A stretch of 64,000 nt of DNA from Candidatus Aminicenantes bacterium (GTDB lineage: Bacteria; Acidobacteriota; Aminicenantia; Aminicenantales; Saccharicenantaceae): assembly GCA_963736255.1 (NCBI GenBank), contig CAVTOI010000002.1, positions 273,576 to 337,575 on the forward strand, written 5' to 3'. Made by a program: the position numbers and the translations under genes. Numbering within the stretch: position 1 is the stretch's first letter; every line of letters starts with the position of its first letter. Under the pieces are notes generated by a model. The model made no database searches. It was not told the DNA's origin and saw only the letters and a program-made list of their open reading frames with translations. Below, in pieces: positions 1 through 8,319 of this stretch.

Positions 1-120
1 AAACCCCATGATAGCGGCCGACCCCGGGGCTGTCAAGTTACGGGCAATCCCGGTCCCTTGATCAGCCAATCCCGGTCGAGACGTAGGCACCATCTGAGAA
101 GGAAAGCTAAAGGAAGTCTC

Positions 121-149
121 GGGGACACGTACCAAGAGGACATGTCCCC
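121..149 (-). terminator. Hairpin directly abutting the nadK stop codon; possible intrinsic terminator of the long minus-strand operon
   Basis: GGGGACA (121-127) pairs with TGTCCCC (143-149). On the minus strand it is followed by pyrimidine/T-rich GAGACTTCCTTTAGCTTTCC, which is not a clean U-tract. Confidence 0.35.
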
Positions 150-998
150 CTACTCGGCCCAGCCTAATTTTTCCTTGACCAGGTCGTAATAGCTCCGGCG
201 GGGAGACGTGATGAGCTGGAGCTCGAACGGCGCTTTGCGGATCTCGACGACGTCGTTGCGGACGAAGGCTCCGCCCCGCTGGCCGTCGAATGTCACATAG
301 ACCTCCTCCCCGCCGGTCAGGAGCCGGACTCCGACGGTCGAGGCCGAAGGCACGGCCAAGGGCCGGAAAGACAAGGTGTGCGGGCAAATGGGCGTCAGGA
401 GGATGGCCGGCACCTGGGGGTGGAGGATGGGGCCGCCGGCCGAAAGCGAATAGGCCGTCGATCCGGTCGGCGTCGAGACGATGAGGCCGTCGGCCTTGAG
501 CGTGGCCACGTCCCGGCCGTCGACGGAGATGGCCAGCTCGATCATCCGGGCCACGGCCCCCTTGGTAATGACAACGTCGTTCAGGCAGAACGACGCGGCA
601 GATGCCGTCCGGGCTTCGAGAAGCGAGCGGGAGCTGATGAGGGACGCATCGCCGCCCAGGAATCTGTCGAGGGTCTGCACGGCCTCGCTCACGGGGATCT
701 CGGTCAAGAAGCCCAGACGGCCCAGGTTGACACCCATGACCGGGACGCCGGCCTGTGCGGCGTGATGGGCGACGCTGAGGAGAGTGCCGTCGCCGCCAAG
801 GACGACTACAAGGTCCGACTCCGCGGCGATAGCCGCCCGCTCCAGGCCGTCGGAGCGGCCCAGCTTCCGGGCGGCGACGTCCTCGAGGACGCAGGCGATG
901 CCGCGGCCCTCGAAATACTCGACGACGATCTTGAGGATGCCCTCGACCGAGGGCGCGTGGGGCTTGATGACGATGCCGGCCTTGCGCACGTTATTCAT
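150..998 (-). CDS. nadK: NAD kinase
   Basis: Translation from ATG at 998: MNNVRKAGIVIKPH...VVVLGGDGTLL...GVNLGRLGFLT...STPTGSTAYSLSAGGPI, the classic NAD kinase GGDG and NE/D motifs. The upstream 127 aa of the 409-aa track ORF are R/S/P junk overlapping tlyA. Confidence 0.9.
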   Translation of the reverse strand: MNNVRKAGIVIKPHAPSVEGILKIVVEYFEGRGIACVLEDVAARKLGRSDGLERAAIAAESDLVVVLGGDGTLLSVAHHAAQAGVPVMGVNLGRLGFLTEIPVSEAVQTLDRFLGGDASLISSRSLLEARTASAASFCLNDVVITKGAVARMIELAISVDGRDVATLKADGLIVSTPTGSTAYSLSAGGPILHPQVPAILLTPICPHTLSFRPLAVPSASTVGVRLLTGGEEVYVTFDGQRGGAFVRNDVVEIRKAPFELQLITSPRRSYYDLVKEKLGWAE

Positions 999-1773
999 GG
1001 CTGACCGCCTCCTTGATCCAGACTGGGACGAGGTCCGCATTGAGGTCCGGCGTCCCATTGACCCACCAGGCAAAGAATTCGACGTTCCCCTTCTGGCCGT
1101 GCGTCGAGCAGCGGATGAGGCCCCTGAGGCCGAAGCCGGTCTCGCGGGCCCCGGCGATGACCCGCGCCAGGACCGCGGCGTGGACCTCGGCGTCCCGGAT
1201 GACGCCCTTCCTGCCGACGTCCTTCGGGGCGGCTTCGAACTGCGGCTTGATGAGCGAGACAAGGGTCCACTCGCCCGGAATGGCCTTGAGCGCCGGCAGG
1301 ATCTTGAGCACCGAGATGAACGAGACGTCCATCGTGACGATGCCCGGCGCCTCCGGAATGTCGGCCGGAGAGAGCTCACGGGCGTTCTTCTCGATGGGCA
1401 CGACCCGGGGGTCTTTGCCGAGCCCCCAATCGAGCTGTTTCGTGTCCACGTCGACGGCGTAAACCCTTGCGGCGCCTCGCTTTAAGAGGCAATCGACAAA
1501 GCCCCCGGTCGAGGCCCCGATGTCGAGGCCGACCAGGCCGGCGACGTCGATATGGAATCGGTCGAGGGCCTCCTCGAGCTTGAGCCCGCCCCGGCTGACG
1601 AAGGGAAGGGGAGGCGCGATCTCGAGCCGGGCTTCGGCGTCCACGAGCTCTCCGGCCTTGCCGATACGGCGGCCGCCGCTCGTGACCAGGCCGGCCATGA
1701 TCAGGGCCTGGGCCTTTTCGCAGCTCGGCGCGAGGCCCCGGGCCGCGAGGAGCTTATCCGCGCGTTCTTTCAT
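991..1773 (-). CDS. tlyA: TlyA-family rRNA (cytidine-2'-O)-methyltransferase (S4 + FtsJ domains)
   Basis: From ATG 1773: MKERADKLLAARGLAPSCEKAQALIMAGLV...VGLDIGASTGGFVDCLLKRGAARVYAVDV...GQKGNVEFF. It overlaps nadK by 8 nt and dxs by 20 nt. Confidence 0.85.
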   Translation of the reverse strand: MKERADKLLAARGLAPSCEKAQALIMAGLVTSGGRRIGKAGELVDAEARLEIAPPLPFVSRGGLKLEEALDRFHIDVAGLVGLDIGASTGGFVDCLLKRGAARVYAVDVDTKQLDWGLGKDPRVVPIEKNARELSPADIPEAPGIVTMDVSFISVLKILPALKAIPGEWTLVSLIKPQFEAAPKDVGRKGVIRDAEVHAAVLARVIAGARETGFGLRGLIRCSTHGQKGNVEFFAWWVNGTPDLNADLVPVWIKEAVSHE

Positions 1774-3661
1774 CGGCGCCACAGGAAAGGGGCGTCTTGG
1801 AGAGATCCCGGATCCTCCGGACGATGCTGGGGACGTCGAGGCCGACCTTGGCCCGGATCTCATCGGACTTGCCGACGGGATGGACGCCGATCGGCACGCC
1901 GATGGCCATGAAGCGGACGCCGAACCGGCCTTCCCGGTCGAGGAGCTCGCGCACGGCGTTCCCGGCGCCGCCCTCGACGATGCCCTCCTCGAGCGTGACG
2001 ACCGTCCGCCCCGGCCCGGCGAAGCGGAGGATCATGTCGCGGTCGAGCGGCTGGACGAAGCGGGCGTTGACGACGGCGAACGAGAGGCCGTCCTTCTCGA
2101 GCTCATTGGCCGCCTCGAGCGCCGGCGCCACCTGGTTGCCGACGGCGAAGATGAGGTCGCGACCGTCCTTGACGAGCTCGCTCTGGCCCGGGGTCAGGAC
2201 CCGGAGGGTCTCGTCGATGGGGACGCCCAGGCCCTTGGCCTTGGGGAAGCGCACCGAGCAGGGATGGCCGTAGGAGATGGCCGACCAGAGCATATGCTGC
2301 AGCTCGTTCTCGTCCTTGGGGGCCATGACGATCATGTGAGGCATATGCCTCATGTAAGCGATGTCGTTGACGCCCTGGTGGGTGGGCCCGTCGTCGGGGA
2401 CGATGCCGGCCCGGTCGAGGACAAAGACGACGGGGAGGTCCATCAGACAAACATCGTGATAGACCTGGTCGTAGGCGCGCTGCAGGAAGGTCGAGTAGAT
2501 GGCCACGACGGGCTTGAAGCCCGCCAGGGCCAGGCCCGAGGCGAAGGTCACCGCATGCTGCTCGGCGATGCCGACGTCGAAGAAGCGGTCCGGGAGCTTC
2601 TCGGAGAATTCCCGAAGGCCGGTGCCCTCGCCCATGGCCGCGGTGATGGCCAGCACCTTGTCGTCCTTCTTCGCGACCTTGATCATCGCCTCGCCGAAGA
2701 CGCTCGAGAACGACGGGCCCCACTCGCGCTGCAGCGGCTCGCCCGTCGCCACTTGGAACGGGCCGGCGCCGTGGAATTTCTCCGGATGCAGCTTCGCCGG
2801 CTGGTAGCCCTTGCCCTTCTGCGTCACGCACTGGATGAGGACGGGGCCGTCGTAGGTCTTGGCGGTCTCGAAGGCCTCGACAAGCGATTCGACGTTGTGG
2901 CCGTGGACCGGGCCGATGTAGCGGATGCCGAGCTCCTTGAAGACGAGCCCGGGGAAGAGGATCTTCTTGGCCAGCTCCTCGAGGGCCCGGCCGGCCTTGA
3001 TCGCGGGCTGGCCGAGCTGGGGGACCCTTTTAAGGAGCGATTTGGCCTGGTCCTTCATTCGGATATAGCGTTGACCCGAAACAAGATAGGAGAAGTACTT
3101 CGACCAGGCCCCGACGTTGATCGAGATGGACATCTCGTTGAAGTTGAGGACGATGATCAGCCGCTCGCGGAGGTGCCCGATCTGGTTGAGCGCCTCCAGG
3201 GCGACGCCCCCGGTCAGGCTCCCGTCGCCGACGACGGCGACGACGTGGTGGGACTCGCCCGCCCGGTCCCGGGCCACGGCCAGGCCCAGGGCGGTCGACA
3301 AGGCCGTCGAAGCGTGGCCGGTGTTGGCGACGTCATGCTCGCTCTCGTCCCGGCAGGGGAAGCCCAGGATGCCGCCGCAGCGGCGCAGGCCGCCGAAGCT
3401 GTCCTTCCGGCCGGTCAGGATCTTGTGGGTGTAGCACTGGTGCCCGACGTCCCAGACGATCTTGTCCCGGGGCGAGTCGAAGGCCAGGTGCAGGGCCAGC
3501 GTCAGCTCGACGACGCCGAGGTTCGAAGCGAGGTGGCCGCCGTTCTTGGCCACGGTCTCCAGGATGAGGGCGCGGATCTCCAGGGCCAGGGTCGAGAGCT
3601 CGTCCGGCGTGAGCTTCCGGATGTCGGCCGGCACGCGAATGGCATCGAGGATCTTGGCCAT
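1754..3661 (-). CDS. dxs: 1-deoxy-D-xylulose-5-phosphate synthase
   Basis: 635-aa ORF: MAKILDAIRVPADIRKLTPDEL...GGHLASNLGVVELTLALH...DVGHQCYTHKILTGR, full-length Dxs pattern. Confidence 0.95.
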   Translation of the reverse strand: MAKILDAIRVPADIRKLTPDELSTLALEIRALILETVAKNGGHLASNLGVVELTLALHLAFDSPRDKIVWDVGHQCYTHKILTGRKDSFGGLRRCGGILGFPCRDESEHDVANTGHASTALSTALGLAVARDRAGESHHVVAVVGDGSLTGGVALEALNQIGHLRERLIIVLNFNEMSISINVGAWSKYFSYLVSGQRYIRMKDQAKSLLKRVPQLGQPAIKAGRALEELAKKILFPGLVFKELGIRYIGPVHGHNVESLVEAFETAKTYDGPVLIQCVTQKGKGYQPAKLHPEKFHGAGPFQVATGEPLQREWGPSFSSVFGEAMIKVAKKDDKVLAITAAMGEGTGLREFSEKLPDRFFDVGIAEQHAVTFASGLALAGFKPVVAIYSTFLQRAYDQVYHDVCLMDLPVVFVLDRAGIVPDDGPTHQGVNDIAYMRHMPHMIVMAPKDENELQHMLWSAISYGHPCSVRFPKAKGLGVPIDETLRVLTPGQSELVKDGRDLIFAVGNQVAPALEAANELEKDGLSFAVVNARFVQPLDRDMILRFAGPGRTVVTLEEGIVEGGAGNAVRELLDREGRFGVRFMAIGVPIGVHPVGKSDEIRAKVGLDVPSIVRRIRDLSKTPLSCGADERTRG

Positions 3662-3677
3662 GGCTTTCGCGGACGCG

Positions 3678-3941
3678 TCAGGCGTTCCCGCCGTCCTCCC
3701 CTCCCTCGCCGTCGTCCGTCCCGGCCTCGAAATCCTCGGCCTTGAGCTTGCCCTTCTCGTCCTTGAGCAGGATCTCGACCTTGCGCTCGGCCTTGTCGAG
3801 CTCGCTCCTTAGGAAACGGGACATCTTGACCCCCTTCTCGAAAAGCGCCAGCGATTCGTTGAGGGAGATGCCGCCCTTCTCGAGCTTGGCCACGATCTCT
3901 TCGAGGTCGGCCAGGGCCTTTTCAAACGTCAGATTGGTCAT
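3678..3941 (-). CDS. xseB: Exodeoxyribonuclease VII small subunit
   Basis: 87 aa: MTNLTFEKALADLEEIVAKLEKGGISLNESLALFEKGVKMSRF, typical XseB. ATGA overlap with the xseA stop. Confidence 0.9.
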   Translation of the reverse strand: MTNLTFEKALADLEEIVAKLEKGGISLNESLALFEKGVKMSRFLRSELDKAERKVEILLKDEKGKLKAEDFEAGTDDGEGGEDGGNA

Positions 3942-5314
3942 GACCCCTCCTTCAGGAACCGGGATTCCAGGAGCTTCTTGCGGTCGACGGACTCGACCCG
4001 GGCGCTGAACTCGCCCTTGAAGAACGAGACCTCGACGGTCTCGCCCGCCTCCACGTCCTCGATGCGGCGGGCCAGGCGCAGGCCGCCGTCCTTCCAGACG
4101 AGCGTGTAGCCCTTTTTGAGAACGGCCAGGGGGCTAAGGGCGTTGAGGGCGGCCGAGAGCCTCTCCCAGCTCGCCTTGTGCTCGCTTAGCGTCCGGCGCA
4201 GGACGTTTCGGAGGCGCTCGGCAGCGAGAAGGGCCGCGCCCTTGTGTTCGGCGATGGCCTGCCGCTCGGCCCTGAGGACGTTCCGGCCCCGCGTTTCGAG
4301 GTCGTCCACCCGCCGGGCCAGATTGGCCAGCTTGACCTGGAAATTCTGGAAGATGCGGTTCCGGGCCAGCTCGTCGACGTCGCCCCGCAGGTCCTGGATC
4401 TCATAGCGGAGGAGCTCCCCGAGCCGGCGCGTCTGCGCATCGATCCTCTCGGCGAAGGCCTCCTCCTTCTCGATGACCATCTCCGCGGCCGCCGAGGGCG
4501 TCGAGGCCCGGACGTCGGCGACGAAGTCAGCGATGGTGTAATCGACCTCATGGCCGATCGCCGAGATGACCGGAACGGGCGAGCGGGCGATGGCCCGGGC
4601 CACGTTCTCCTCGTTGAAGGCCCACAGGTCCTCGATCGACCCGCCGCCGCGGCCGACGATGAGGACGTCGATCCCCGGCCAGGCCCCGAGGGCGTCGATG
4701 CCCTCGACGATCTCGGCCGCCGCGCCCTCGCCCTGGACCCGGGCCGGATAGATGACGACGTGGAGCTTGGCGTAGCGGCGCTCGAGGACGCGCAGCACGT
4801 CGCGGATGGCCGCGCCGGTCGGCGAGGTGACGACGCCGATCGTCCGGGGACGAAGCGGCAGCTTCCTCTTGCGCCGGTCGTCGAACAGGCCCTCGGCCTT
4901 GAGCTTTTCCTTGAGCTGCTCGAAGGCGATCTGGAGGGCGCCCTTGCCCTTGGGCTCGACGAGGTCGACGTAGAGCTGGTAGTCGCCGCGGGGCTCGTAA
5001 ACGCTGACTTTGCCCCGGCAGACGACCTTGAGGCCGTCCTTGAGCTCGAAGAGGACCTTGCGGGCCGTCGACTGCCACATGACGGCCTTGATGACGCTCT
5101 TGTCGTCCTTGAGGTTGAAGAAGACGTGGCCCGACGCGGCTCTCTTATACCCCGAGACTTCGCCTTCGACCCAGACCTGGGGCAGGGCCACCTCGAGGGC
5201 GGTCTTGACGATCTCGGTGACCTGCGAGACCGTATAGACGTGGTCCTTGACGACCAGGCCTTCAGTCTTCGTGACCATCCTCCGCCAGGACTTCGCGCGT
5301 GATCGAGCGGGCAT
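3938..5314 (-). CDS. xseA: Exodeoxyribonuclease VII large subunit
   Basis: YTVSQVTEIVKTALEVALPQVWVEGEVSGYKRAASGHVFFNLKDD... (OB fold plus catalytic domain). The start is ambiguous: ATG 5314 has GGAG 8 nt upstream, and ATG 5278 is the alternative. Confidence 0.9.
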   Translation of the reverse strand: MPARSRAKSWRRMVTKTEGLVVKDHVYTVSQVTEIVKTALEVALPQVWVEGEVSGYKRAASGHVFFNLKDDKSVIKAVMWQSTARKVLFELKDGLKVVCRGKVSVYEPRGDYQLYVDLVEPKGKGALQIAFEQLKEKLKAEGLFDDRRKRKLPLRPRTIGVVTSPTGAAIRDVLRVLERRYAKLHVVIYPARVQGEGAAAEIVEGIDALGAWPGIDVLIVGRGGGSIEDLWAFNEENVARAIARSPVPVISAIGHEVDYTIADFVADVRASTPSAAAEMVIEKEEAFAERIDAQTRRLGELLRYEIQDLRGDVDELARNRIFQNFQVKLANLARRVDDLETRGRNVLRAERQAIAEHKGAALLAAERLRNVLRRTLSEHKASWERLSAALNALSPLAVLKKGYTLVWKDGGLRLARRIEDVEAGETVEVSFFKGEFSARVESVDRKKLLESRFLKEGS

Positions 5315-6065
5315 GGCCCGTCTCCGGATCGATCGCGACGTAAACGCCGGACAGGAACAGGCCGTCGCGCGACGGCTCGAAGCGCTGCGGCCGCGACGTC
5401 AGGAACCGCGCCAGCGCCTGCTCGCGGGCCATGCCGATGACGGCGTTGCGGCCGCCGGCCATGCCGGCGTCGGTGATGTAGGCCGTGCCGCCGGGCAGGA
5501 CCCGCTCGTCCGACGTCGGGACGTGGGTGTGCGTGCCGATGACGGCCGAGACCCGGCCGTCGAGATACCAGCCGAGGGACTGCTTTTCGGAGGTCGCCTC
5601 GGCGTGGATATCGACGATGATGATGGGGGTCACCTCGCGGAGGGCGGCGACCTCCTCGTCGGCCCGCTTGAACGGGCAGTCCAGGGGCTCCATGAAGACC
5701 CGCCCCTGGAGGTTGAGAACGGCCGCCTTGACCCCGTCGGCCGATTGAAAGACATAGGAGAAGCGGCCCGGGTTGACCGGCGGAAAATTGGCCGGCCGCA
5801 GAAGCCGGGGTTCATGCTCGAGGTAGGGCAGGGCCTCTTTCTTGTCCCAGATGTGGTTGCCCGAGGTCAGGACATCGACGTGCATGAACAGGTCCTTGCC
5901 GATCTCCTCGGTGATGCCGCTGCCGCCGGCCGCGTTCTCGCCGTTGGCGATGATGAGCGACGGCGCGTACTTCTTGACGAGCCCGGGCAGGAACTTGTCC
6001 ATGGCCCGCCGGCCCGGCCGGCCGATGATGTCGCCGAGGAAGAGAACCCCGAAATCAGCGGGCAT
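5262..6065 (-). CDS. ymdB: YmdB-family metallophosphoesterase (2',3'-cyclic-nucleotide phosphodiesterase-like)
   Basis: VLFLGDIIGRPGRRAM...IIANGENAAGGSGIT...LTSGNHIWDKKE...GTHTHVPTSD. The rny-ymdB adjacency is conserved in many bacteria. Confidence 0.85.
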   Translation of the reverse strand: MPADFGVLFLGDIIGRPGRRAMDKFLPGLVKKYAPSLIIANGENAAGGSGITEEIGKDLFMHVDVLTSGNHIWDKKEALPYLEHEPRLLRPANFPPVNPGRFSYVFQSADGVKAAVLNLQGRVFMEPLDCPFKRADEEVAALREVTPIIIVDIHAEATSEKQSLGWYLDGRVSAVIGTHTHVPTSDERVLPGGTAYITDAGMAGGRNAVIGMAREQALARFLTSRPQRFEPSRDGLFLSGVYVAIDPETGHARSITREVLAEDGHED

Positions 6066-7617
6066 ACTCGACCGCCCTCATCTCCCGGATGACCGTGACC
6101 TTGATCTGGCCGGGGTAGTCGAGCTCGGCCTTGATCTTGGCCGCAACGTCCTTGGCCAGGAGGGCCGCCTTGTCGTCGGAGACCTTGAGGGCCTCGACGA
6201 TGATGCGGATCTCGCGACCGGCCTGCAGGGCGAAGGCCTTGGAGACGCCCTCGAACGACGCGGCGATCTCCTCGAGCTTCTCCAGCCGCTGGATGTAGGT
6301 CTCGAGGAGCTCGCGCCGGGCCCCGGGCCGGGCGGCCGAGAGCGTGTCGGCGGCCTGGACGAGGACGGCTTCGATCGACGGGAAGTCGATGTCGCGGTGG
6401 TGCGAGGCGATGGCCTGGCAGACCTTTTCCGATTCGCCGTACTTCTTGGCCAGCTCGACGCCGAGCTCGGTGTGGGTGCCTTCGGTGTCCCTGTCGACGG
6501 CCTTGCCGATGTCGTGGAGCAGGCCGGCCCGCAGGGCGACGTTCGTGTCGAGGCCGATCTCGCGGGCCATCATGGCCGCGAGCATGGCCACTTCCTTCGT
6601 GTGCTGGAGGACGTTCTGCCCGTAGCTCGTCCGGTACTTGAGCTTGCCCAGGAGCTTGATCAGCTCCGGGTGGATGTCGCGGACCTTGAGCTCCAGGACG
6701 GTCGACTCGCCCTCCTGCTTGATCTTCTGTTCCAAGTCGGCCTTGACCGACTCGACGATGTCCTCGATGCGGGCCGGGTGGATGCGCCCGTCGGTGACGA
6801 GCTTCTGGATGGACAGGCGGGCCAGCTCGCGGCGGATGGGGTCGAAGCTCGACAGGATGACCGCCTCGGGCGTGTCGTCGACGATGATGTCGACGCCCGT
6901 GGCCATCTCCAGGGCCCGGATGTTGCGGCCCTCGCGGCCGATGATCCGCCCCTTCATGTCGTCGGACGGCAGGTCGACGACCGAGACCGTCGTTTCGACG
7001 ACGTGCTCGGCGGCCGAGCGCTGGATGGCGTTGGACAGGATCTCCCGGGCCGAGACGGCGGCCTTTTCTCGGGCCTCCTCCTCGATCCGGCGGACGGTGC
7101 CGATGGCCTCCAGGCGGGCCTCCTCCTCGATCTTCTTGACCAGCATGGCCTTGGCTTCTTCCTGGGACATGCCGGAGATCCTCTCGAGCTCCTCGACGCC
7201 CTTCTGGATGGCCTCGGCGATCTTGGCCTCTTCGACCTCGAGGTCCTTCTCCTTCTGGGTGAGCTTGCGCTCCTTCTGGGAGAGATCGCGCTCCTTGCGC
7301 TCGATCGACTGGAACCGCCGCTCCAGGTTCTCCTCCTTGCTGAGGAGCCGGCGCTCGGTCTCGTTGATCTTGCGCTGTTTCTCGCGGCTCTGGGCCTCGA
7401 AATCGTTCTGGCGGGCCAGGTCCTTCTCGCGGGCCTCGATGGCCGCCTCCCGCTTGATCTTTTCCCCTTCTTCCTTGGCCCGGCCGAGGATCGTGCGGGC
7501 CTGCTCTTCGGCCTCGGCGGCCTTGCGGGAGCCCTGCTGCCGCTTGAGCAGCAGGACCGCGACGGCCGCGGCGAGGATGACGATAACGGCGATGCCGGCG
7601 TACGTCAACGCGTTCAT
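6055..7617 (-). CDS. rny: Ribonuclease Y
   Basis: 520 aa with an N-terminal TM helix, a K/E coiled coil, a KH domain (DDMKGRIIGREGRNIRALE) and an HD domain (HTKEVAMLAAMMA...LLHDIGKA). Confidence 0.95.
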   Translation of the reverse strand: MNALTYAGIAVIVILAAAVAVLLLKRQQGSRKAAEAEEQARTILGRAKEEGEKIKREAAIEAREKDLARQNDFEAQSREKQRKINETERRLLSKEENLERRFQSIERKERDLSQKERKLTQKEKDLEVEEAKIAEAIQKGVEELERISGMSQEEAKAMLVKKIEEEARLEAIGTVRRIEEEAREKAAVSAREILSNAIQRSAAEHVVETTVSVVDLPSDDMKGRIIGREGRNIRALEMATGVDIIVDDTPEAVILSSFDPIRRELARLSIQKLVTDGRIHPARIEDIVESVKADLEQKIKQEGESTVLELKVRDIHPELIKLLGKLKYRTSYGQNVLQHTKEVAMLAAMMAREIGLDTNVALRAGLLHDIGKAVDRDTEGTHTELGVELAKKYGESEKVCQAIASHHRDIDFPSIEAVLVQAADTLSAARPGARRELLETYIQRLEKLEEIAASFEGVSKAFALQAGREIRIIVEALKVSDDKAALLAKDVAAKIKAELDYPGQIKVTVIREMRAVEYAR

Positions 7618-7626
7618 TGGGATGAC

Positions 7627-7651
7627 CTCCTCATCTATTCGAAATGAGGAG
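7627..7651 (-). promoter_or_regulatory. Hairpin that sequesters the rny Shine-Dalgarno sequence
   Basis: Minus-strand RNA: CTCCTCAT-TTCGAATAG-ATGAGGAG then GTCATCCCA-ATG(rny). The 3' arm contains the GGAGG SD and the 5' arm is a perfect anti-SD (8 bp). Confidence 0.35.
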
Positions 7652-7732
7652 ACGGGAAGGAAAGCGCGGAGGCGTCAGATGCCCGTGCCGGGAGCGGCCC
7701 GGCCGGCGAGTCGGCCGCGAAGGGCGGGCCCG

Positions 7733-8062
7733 TCAAAGCGGGGATTTATCGGCGTCCGTGTATGTATTTTCATCTGCGAAGAGATGAACCTCCAAACTTT
7801 CGATCTCCGTCTCCATGTGGCCCAGGGCCTCGTTCAGCTGATCCAGCTTCTTCTGGCTCAGAAACAGCTCGTCCGCGATGTTCAAGGCCGCCAGAACGGC
7901 GATCTTGGTCGTGTCCGCGGACTTCGATTTCACAGCCACTTCGTGCATCTTCTGGTCAACGAGCGAGGTCAAGTGGCCTATATACTTCTCGTCCTCCTCT
8001 CCTTTGACGCGGATCTTGTACCGCTGTCCGAAGATCTCTATCTCGAGGATTCGTTCCGTCAT
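7733..8062 (-). CDS. zapA: Cell division protein ZapA
   Basis: 109 aa: EIEIFGQRYKIRVKGEEDEKYIGHLTSLVDQKMHEV...KIAVLAALNIADELF, ZapA pattern. Confidence 0.85.
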   Translation of the reverse strand: MTERILEIEIFGQRYKIRVKGEEDEKYIGHLTSLVDQKMHEVAVKSKSADTTKIAVLAALNIADELFLSQKKLDQLNEALGHMETEIESLEVHLFADENTYTDADKSPL

Positions 8063-8319
8063 AAGCCGAGCTTGTCGATCTCGCCGATAATGGCTTCGAT
8101 CTTCCCCTTGAGGAGCTCCCGCTCGCCGTCGTACTTCTTCATCTCTTCGTCCATGCGGGCGATCTTGCGGGTGCTTTCCTCGAAGTCCTTCTTCTCCGTC
8201 CGGAACTCCTTGAGCTGCTGTTTCAGCTTCTCGTTCTCGGTCGTGAGCTTGTGGATGTGATCGACGACCTGTCCGATCTTGCCTTCGAGTATTTTAATTC
8301 GCTCAAGTTCGGAAGTCAA
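8059..8319 (-). CDS. Small coiled-coil protein, ZapB-like
   Basis: TTG start at 8319 preceded by GGGAGGGG. It overlaps the pheT stop as TTGA and the zapA start as ATGA. Product: (M)TSELERIKILEGKIGQVVDHIHKLTTENEKLKQQLKEF..., heptad-rich. The rest of the 440-aa track ORF is antisense junk inside pheT. Confidence 0.5.
   Translation of the reverse strand: MTSELERIKILEGKIGQVVDHIHKLTTENEKLKQQLKEFRTEKKDFEESTRKIARMDEEMKKYDGERELLKGKIEAIIGEIDKLGL

Noticed and set aside
150-1379. N-terminal extensions of real genes in the ORF track: nadK 409 aa, rnr 868 aa, arcC 574 aa, SelB-like 599 aa, etfA 376 aa, dnaA 481 aa, and the 1097-aa ORF over valS.
   Set aside because: The extensions are low-complexity and overlap the upstream neighbour. 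Internal ATGs with SD sequences and family-typical N-termini give the normal protein lengths.
1520-3745. Very long ORFs antisense to, or out of frame with, recognised genes. Examples: 1520-3745(+), 5842-7647(+), 6638-8260(+), 8337-9785(+), 10382-11824(+), 12545-14629(+), 17074-19152(-), 18953-21034(-), 25962-27890(+), 27781-29808(+), 30613-33666(+), 37631-38863(-), 39854-41131(-), 48212-50200(-), 52903-54882(-), 55201-56466(-), 61296-62387(+), 62773-63984(+).
   Set aside because: Their translations are monotonous R/P/G/A/D/E/L strings with no motifs. Each fully overlaps an ORF with unmistakable family signatures. Stop-poor alternative frames are expected in GC-rich DNA.
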